DNA of 47,911 bases from Octopus bimaculoides (lineage: Eukaryota). This document shows, piece by piece, positions 40,330-47,911 of the stretch (within the stretch, counting starts at the first letter, position 1; the number at the start of each line of letters is the position of its first letter). The translations under genes and the position numbers were made by a program. Under the pieces are notes generated by a model that saw nothing but the letters and a program-made list of their open reading frames with translations, did no database searches and was not told the origin of the DNA. The DNA lies in the NCBI RefSeq assembly GCF_001194135.2, contig NC_068981.1:142688206-142736116 (forward strand), given 5' to 3'.

Positions 40330-41410
40330 TGTATGAACTATGGGATACTATCAAGAGCCTATAATACAAAGGACACCTAGTATGAAATGACATCTACCAA
40401 AAAAAAAAATAAAGGACCTACTATATAAACTGAAATTACACCACGGAATTATTGTTCACTCCGATAAAACAAGGAGCTTTTGTACTTTGGATACATATTG
40501 ATACCACCAGTTACTGCATAAAGAAATTACAAAGCAATACAAAATTGCACCGAACAGCACCTTAACATCTATGATCTTAGCAGCCAAGAACATTATGACA
40601 GGCTACTATATAGTGGTAAAAACCGAACGCTTCGTACCTTCCGGACCCCGCATTACACTAAAAGATTATAAACCTAAGAATAACGGATGCGAAAGTTATA
40701 TTAATATGCCCCAATAAGTCAGATCTATGTAAATTAAGTAAATTGATATTCGACAAATACATCCCTAAGCTAAAGAATATGATAGACCTAGAACTATGGA
40801 CCAACATATGAATCCCGAAACTGGTTCTCTAAAATACAGAGCAAGGTTAATTACAAATTCCTACAAACAGACAAAGAAGATTACTACTCATCTGTTAAAC
40901 CTACGATCCTATATAGTGCTATTCGCTAAAAATCATACCCAATTAACTGTGAAGGAAATTAATGTAATATTAGAATCGAAGAAATCCGGAATAAATTTTG
41001 ATAATAAACTTTGGGTAAGAAAAGACTCCCGCAATAACTTCGACATCACCATGGGAGTCTCAGATTCAGCACAGGTAACAGACTTAGTGGGCATCTATTT
41101 GCTATCATACCTACAGGAAGAATTCCCAGCACTCAAGGGATGACGCACTATTCCTACTAAAAAACCCTCAAATAGGAGATTAGAACTCATTAAGCAAAAA
41201 TTACACAAATTCTTTAAAAGATTTGGCCTAACGATTAATATAGATAACGAACACAACTCCATAAACTACTTAGACGCCAACTGCAACCTGGCCACAGGAC
41301 ACCACGAAACATACATAAAAACCTAACACTAACCGCAAGTACATAAACACATCCAGTAACCATCCGAAACTGAAAACAATACAATAACCATAAACATAGT
41401 TTACCAGTTC
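40330..41410 (+). mobile_element. Penelope-like reverse transcriptase fragment (pseudogenized)
   Basis: SDKT, RITLKDYKP, PNKSDLCKLSKLIFDK, WVRKDSRNNFDITMGVSDSAQVTDLVGIYLL, (frameshift) DDAL, INYLDA, YINTSSNHP. Confidence 0.85.
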
Positions 41411-41415
41411 GACGT

Positions 41416-41789
41416 ATGCCGGGGAAATCATGGCATATATCGCAGCAGAATATCTCCTATTCTGCCATGTTTGTTTGTGTCTCATATAACTTCCTATGTT
41501 TTTTAATATTTTAAGTTCCTCCTTTTTTGTGCGCATTCCATGTTGAAATCTTGAGGCGCAATCATCTCAGAAATGAGCATGTTCCGTTTCAGTAAATATG
41601 CACCGTTTCAATATTTTGTAACATAATGAGGCAATCCATTTACCAACTCTTTTGGCAATCAACAGTATGAAAGGAAGCTGTACATTGGCAAGCGCTTTAT
41701 AAGGATACCTTCTCTCAAATAAATTAGATTCTGAAGCCTAATTTTAGGTATATCTATATCCGTCAAACTCTAGTTCACATTAACCATTG
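41416..41789. repeat. Unclassified interspersed repeat, copy B
   Basis: Matches copy A without its 37855-38091 segment; begins where PLE RT homology stops. Confidence 0.85.
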
Positions 41790-42136
41790 GCACATGCTTT
41801 ATTTTTATTTATTATTTATTTTAATTATATTTTTATTGTTTATCTTATTTTTATGTATTGCTTATTCAGTTATTATTTTTTCTTCCCCACCCCCTTTTTG
41901 AGTATATTTTTTGCATGTATACTCATTACAAAATCATTTGCTAATTAAATAATCAGTAAATATATATATTGTTCACTTTGACACGGCTACTTGAAGCTTG
42001 AAACTCATATCAGTGTAACTAACAGTAAACACCATTATTATTAACATTGAAATAAAAATTATACCCTCAAAAAGCCATATCTACTCATTCTTTCATATAT
42101 ATTTATATATAATACTATAACAAGACCTTTTTCTTT

Positions 42137-42180
42137 GATACTTTGATAGGTTTCGGCCAGTATTGGCTCAGGCTATGTCT
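42137..42180 (-). ncRNA. Hammerhead-like remnant with small core deletion
   Basis: Minus strand ctga-gcca-atac-tggc-c-gaaac-ct-atc; restoring tgag gives ctgatga-ggcca-atac-tggcc-gaaac; stem I not recoverable. Confidence 0.4.
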
Positions 42181-42266
42181 AATTTAGTAGTACCACATGG
42201 CAAAGCCATTCAAATCAAGAATCGGACAACATGGCCCACTGGAGAAGAGAATTATTGTGTGCGTAT

Positions 42267-42297
<31 letters not shown>

Positions 42298-42302
42298 CAC
42301 AT

Positions 42303-42371
<69 letters not shown>

Positions 42372-42441
42372 TGCACGACGACTATCTTGTAAATAATAAT
42401 AATGGTATTTTTATATAAGTCTAAAGCCTCTGGCGACAACC

Positions 42442-42651
42442 GTGCAATGACTAAGGAAACTAGTCTAATAAAGGGGCATATACGCCCTCGACAGTAAAAC
42501 GAAGGCTTTCCCATCTGCGTGGCAGCCGAACACACTTAGTCACATTAATAAAGAGATGTGAGCTCGATTCCCACGCTGATAGGAATGCCTCCTTTTTACT
42601 GTCGAGGGCCTATACAACCCTTTATTAGACTATATTCCGTAATCATTGCAC
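42442..42651. mobile_element. Small MITE-like element, ~88-bp inverted arms, ~35-bp spacer
   Basis: gtgcaatgactaaggaaactagtctaataaaggggcatatacgccctcgacagtaaaa... is the reverse complement of ...tttttactgtcgagggcctatacaaccctttattagactatattccgtaatcattgcac. Confidence 0.8.
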
Positions 42652-43345
42652 TGTGATTGCCATATTATTGTTTACAGGTTTGTAAAAACAGCGCCGTATA
42701 AAAATAATAATAAAAGCATTCGCATTAAAATATATAAATATATATATATATTTATCTATGCATAGTTGTATCTGTATGTGGGTGTCTTTATATGTGCGTG
42801 TGCATGTCTAAAGAGAAATATCATCTTTGTTTTGGTCAACGGTTTTGCTTTATTCTTTTTCATTACTGTGATGTGCAAACTTGATTTTTTTTAAAAATTA
42901 CTATTTAATATATATAGTTGGGTTTATATGTGGTTATTTTCCATATTTTGTATTTGCAGAGTAGAAGCTTGTCTCTGTGTATGTGCACTTTTGTTTCCCT
43001 ATATTTTATGATATGTCATACGTTATGACTCATTACACCTCTGTTGCTCTTTTCTCTTAATAACCGTTCGTAGATAATTCATTAGTTACAGAATATCATA
43101 CATCATATAATCGGTTTTTAATGAATATCAGCTGTATTTGGGAAAACCATGTGGCATTTTTTAGACATTTGTTAAGTCCGTTTACCAAATATATTTATTA
43201 TTTTTCGTTTGAGGTTGCACATAATTTGCAATTTACAAGATTTTTTTTTTCTTTTTTTTGTTGGAATATTTTTCACTCACATATGCTATTATGAATAAAT
43301 ATTCAAAACATTTTCTTTTTTCCTTTTCATTCGCTGACATTATTG

Positions 43346-43625
43346 GTGACGATGATGATGATGATAATGATGATGATGATGATGATGATGACAATGATAA
43401 TGATGACGATGATGATGATGATGACGACGACGACGACTTTTGTGGTGATGATGATGATAATGCTGATGATGGTGGCGGTGGCGGTGGTGGGTGCGGTGGT
43501 GATTATTTTGATAAGGAGAAGGAGGAAGTTGATAATGATGATGTTTATGGTCGTGATGATGATGTTAGTGGTGGCAGTGATGGAAGTGGTAGCGGTGTTG
43601 GTTGTGGTAGTAGTGGTGGTGGTAT
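43346..43625. repeat. (GAT)n/(GGT)n degenerate tract
   Basis: Direct reading; source of poly-D/G and poly-M/V ORFs. Confidence 0.9.
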
Positions 43626-44004
43626 TGGTCGTGTTGCTATTCCTCTAACTGATGTTCATACTAATGTAGATCGCTAGCTCTGGAGTTGTGTTTTGTTGTA
43701 ATGGCGTTCGTAATGAAATCGCATTGTTCACATTTTAACCTTGTCAATAATTTCGCTTTAATATCTGTCATCCCAGGAGTTAATCTAGATGACAAAAGAC
43801 TCCTAATGAGTGGATCCTATTGTTCAATTCTCACACATATAGTGACACGAAGACGCACGCAACTACACATAATGCCTCAACACATATATAAGTGTGTTGC
43901 ATATAAATGTGCGTATATATACATACATACATGTTTATGCACGCATACACTCAGACATAAATTCTTGCACATATATATTCATAATCTAAATGTGTGAGTA
44001 TCCT

Positions 44005-44054
<50 letters not shown>

Positions 44055-44527
44055 NNNNNNNNNNNNNNNNNNNNNNNNNNNNNNNNNNNNNNNNNNNNNN
44101 NNNNNNNNNNNNNNNNNNNNNNNNNNNNNNNNNNNNNNNNNNNNNNNNNNNNNNNNNNNNNNNNNNNNNNNNNNNNNNNNNNNNNNNNNNNNNNNNNNNN
44201 NNNNNNNNNNNNNNNNNNNNNNNNNNNNNNNNNNNNNNNNNNNNNNNNNNNNNNNNNNNNNNNNNNNNNNNNNNNNNNNNNNNNNNNNNNNNNNNNNNNN
44301 NNNNNNNNNNNNNNNNNNNNNNNNNNNNNNNNNNNNNNNNNNNNNNNNNNNNNNNNNNNNNNNNNNNNNNNNNNNNNNNNNNNNNNNNNNNNNNNNNNNN
44401 NNNNNNNNNNNNNNNNNNNNNNNNNNNNNNNNNNNNNNNNNNNNNNNNNNNNNNNNNNNNNNNNNNNNNNNNNNNNNNNNNNNNNNNNNNNNNNNNNNNN
44501 NNNNNNNNNNNNNNNNNNNNNNNNNAC

Positions 44528-44575
<48 letters not shown>

Positions 44576-44614
44576 TATATATACATACACATATATACAT
44601 ACATATGTATATAT

Positions 44615-44646
<32 letters not shown>

Positions 44647-45179
44647 TGTATGTATGATATAAGTGCGCCTGTAAGTATGTGAACATACGTGTATATGTCA
44701 CCATAGGTGTATCCCTCTTTCAGTAAAGTAGACATTGATTTTTTCCACTGCATTTGCTGCTTTTGCTCTAATTTCATTTTTTTAGATAAGCTCATAACTC
44801 CAACTGAGTATATTAATAAAGAAGCAGTGACTTTACACCAACGAATTACATAGGCGTTTTGAAAGTTGATTTTTAACCTGTCAGTTTAATAAATAGAAAT
44901 TAGGTGTGGGAGGTTGGATTGAAAATCGTTGAAAAAAAGTAATTTTCCATTCAGGATTACATTACTTTGTTCCATTGACTGAAGTAATGTAGTCTCTTTT
45001 CCACTATCCCATATTATTTTTTCCCCTCTCGTTTTTCGTTTTTGCTGTTATTAATATCAGCAACGTCGTAACCGTCGTTGTCCTCGTCGTCATCACCTCC
45101 CAAACATATCTCCTCCACAATTACCTTCAGCTCCAACTACTTGCATTATTCCGAGTAATATGTTGGCAACCATGACAAC

Positions 45180-45250
45180 GATGATGATTGATAATGACGT
45201 GGATGACGATGATGATGATGATGGTATTAATGTTTATTGTTGTTCTTGTA

Positions 45251-45324
<74 letters not shown>

Positions 45325-45510
45325 CCTTATTATCATTGTTGGCTTTGCACAACTTCTCACGCTGGTGATGTACTACGTTGTCAGCTGTTCACTACCAGTG
45401 AACTAAGTTAAGACACCTTATTTTTCGAGTAACATCCGGAGTATTCGAGAGCACGAATACTACTACTACTACTACTAATACTACTACTACTGCTGCTACT
45501 ACTACTACTG

Positions 45511-45600
<90 letters not shown>

Positions 45601-45784
45601 TGAAAACATTTTATTTTTATTTTCAATATTCTTTTTAACTTCATTATCAACCTCATCATCATATTGCAGCTTATTGTCAGAACCAATATAGAAGGTATCA
45701 ATATTATAATTACTGTGATATTAACTAATATTTCACTATTAATGTCAATCATTATCAAGTATCTTTGGCCAGATGCACCGCTGC

Positions 45785-45835
<51 letters not shown>

Positions 45836-45836
45836 C

Positions 45837-45883
<47 letters not shown>

Positions 45884-46123
45884 AAGCAGCAGTAGTAGTG
45901 GTGTTGTTTGTGGTGTTGATTATCGTGATAGTGACAGCAATCGTCTTGTTAACAATAATAGTGGAGGAGGGAGTTGGAGGTGGTAGCAGATGAGATGACT
46001 ATAGTGGTGGTGGTGGTGGTAGTGCGAGTGTAGTAATGGTTGTTGTAGAAGTATGTTAAAATAGCAGGATTAGCGCAGAAAATAGTGAAGCAGTTGATGA
46101 AGTACACGATGATGCTGACGAAT

Positions 46124-46192
<69 letters not shown>

Positions 46193-46262
46193 CAGAAGAA
46201 GAAGAAGAAGTAGAAGGTGAAGAAGTATATATGCAGCAGCATCAACAGCAGCAGCAGCAGCT

Positions 46263-46324
<62 letters not shown>
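45180..46324. repeat. Cluster of (ATT)n, (CTA)n, (GTA)n, (GAA)n and (CAG)n tracts
   Basis: Direct reading. Confidence 0.9.
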
Positions 46325-46325
<1 letters not shown>

Positions 46326-46964
46326 TATGGAACAAACTAGCGTTACCATCGTTTCTATTTACTCTAAAGTTTGTTACATTTCCTTCACAAAAATTGAGTT
46401 TCTTAATTTACATACTTCTATTAATATAATTCAAGTATTGGGTAAATAGACTAATATCCTAAAAATTGGAATGGAAAAACTAGATTAAAGGGAAATCGGA
46501 GTTCCATTGCCCCGGCTAATCAGTTAGTATAGGGAAGTACATACACGAGAAGACGTAAATGAATAAATAAATGAATAAATAAATAGAGATCATCAGAAAG
46601 GCAATGCGTACTCCACGCGGAGATAATTTCTTTCGTAAATTATAGCGTGATTTGCAATGCGTTGTTTACCCATGCTTTTTAATTGAAGTGTATTATTATT
46701 TGATTTTATAAGTAGTTATACTGCGGGGAAATTAAGAAATCAACTCGTAAATAAAAAAATACAACCCTCGGTTCCATCACATACACACGCACACACAGAC
46801 GTCTATTTATGAATGTATTTATGTGTGTATTTGTGTATGTGCTTATGCATCTACACGTGTCTAAGCGCATAGGTACACCATGGTCTATACACACGCAGAA
46901 GGGAGTCGATTCCTTTGAAAACGAAAGTGAACAAAACGATATTGTATACTGTGTGACGTCAATA

Positions 46965-46982
46965 AAAATAACAACAACAACA

Positions 46983-47017
<35 letters not shown>

Positions 47018-47034
47018 AATAATAAAATAAAAAC

Positions 47035-47099
<65 letters not shown>

Positions 47100-47110
47100 T
47101 AATAATAATG

Positions 47111-47154
<44 letters not shown>

Positions 47155-47200
47155 TAGAATAATAATAATAATAATAAATAATAATAATAATAAAAATAAT
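46965..47200. repeat. (AAT)n tract
   Basis: Direct reading. Confidence 0.95.
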
Positions 47201-47911
47201 AAACCAAATTAAACTAGCAGTAAGGGAGAAAAAGAATGAAACTGCAGCTAAAGAAGATACTACAGAGGAAATAATTATAAACCAACCCAATGCTGATTGA
47301 AAGAGTTAAGGTAACTGATAGGCAAAGTGAAATACTCTCTGACCCAACCATAAACACTAAGGCAGGTGAAAATCTAATAGATGAAGGAAGTCATACAGAA
47401 ATTGACGCAACAGAACTACATGATCTAAAAAATCAGATCATGATTGAATGGCTGAAAATTAAAGAAACCAGTATAAAAGAACGACACACTCTCCCCAAAA
47501 TTCGCAATTCTGACAAAAATCTGAAAATAATTGGTAAAATCCGCCTTGCACTTCAGGATATAATTTCAGCTAATGATGTTGATATTACAGATCTCTACCA
47601 CCTGTATTATGCATCCGCAAAAATCTCAACGGTTTTATGTGGTGAAAAGATTAGAAAACGACAACACTCCCACAAAATGCCTTCTTGACAAGAGCGCATT
47701 CAAAACCAAATTAAGATACTTAGATCTGACACAGAATGTTTGAAAAACCTTAAATTTGACAAGAGTATCAAACCTACAAAGACCCAAAAACTAAAGAAAA
47801 AATATAATGTGAAAATCATAGTTGACATTGATACCACCATAGAAACCATCAAGCAAAAGGTATGTGCTAAAGCTGCCCGCATAGCAAGGTATGAAAAGCG
47901 TGTTAGATTCT
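47195..47911 (+). mobile_element. R4/Dong-type LINE, N-terminal part of ORF, continues beyond window
   Basis: ERHTLPKI...LYYASA...KMPS*QERIQNQIKILRSD...KLKKKY...IETIKQKVCAKAARIARYEKRVRF in one frame from 47290 with a single TGA at a probable Trp; starts right after (AAT)n. Confidence 0.8.

Overview
AT-rich, repeat-dense eukaryotic (animal) DNA with 11 N-gaps, nearly all opening or closing inside (TA)n, (TG)n or (AAT)n tracts. The tRNA-derived SINE families and microsatellite style look like an octopod cephalopod genome; this is recognition from memory, not a database result. I find no host protein-coding exon I can support, and almost all listed ORFs are microsatellite or N read-through artefacts. 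The window is intronic or intergenic and filled with mobile-element debris. (1) Four same-strand 3' fragments of R4/Dong-type RLE non-LTR retrotransposons are stacked in (AAT)n tracts at 8.3-12.0 kb, and a further 5'-ORF piece follows an (AAT)n tract at 47.2 kb. (2) Penelope-like element (PLE) remnants: an RT fragment at 40.3-41.4 kb and two GIY-YIG 3' ends forming a ~1.6 kb degenerate palindrome at 30.1-31.7 kb. (3) A mariner derivative built from two 5' ends, plus another mariner remnant. (4) Two MITE-like inverted-repeat elements. (5) About ten SINE copies. The most interesting signal not in the ORF track is a set of type I hammerhead-ribozyme motifs: one nearly intact at 18977-19047 and several decayed ones, mostly next to PLE remnants. 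These fit known PLE/retrozyme biology. I cannot support a claim of a wholly new system from this window alone.
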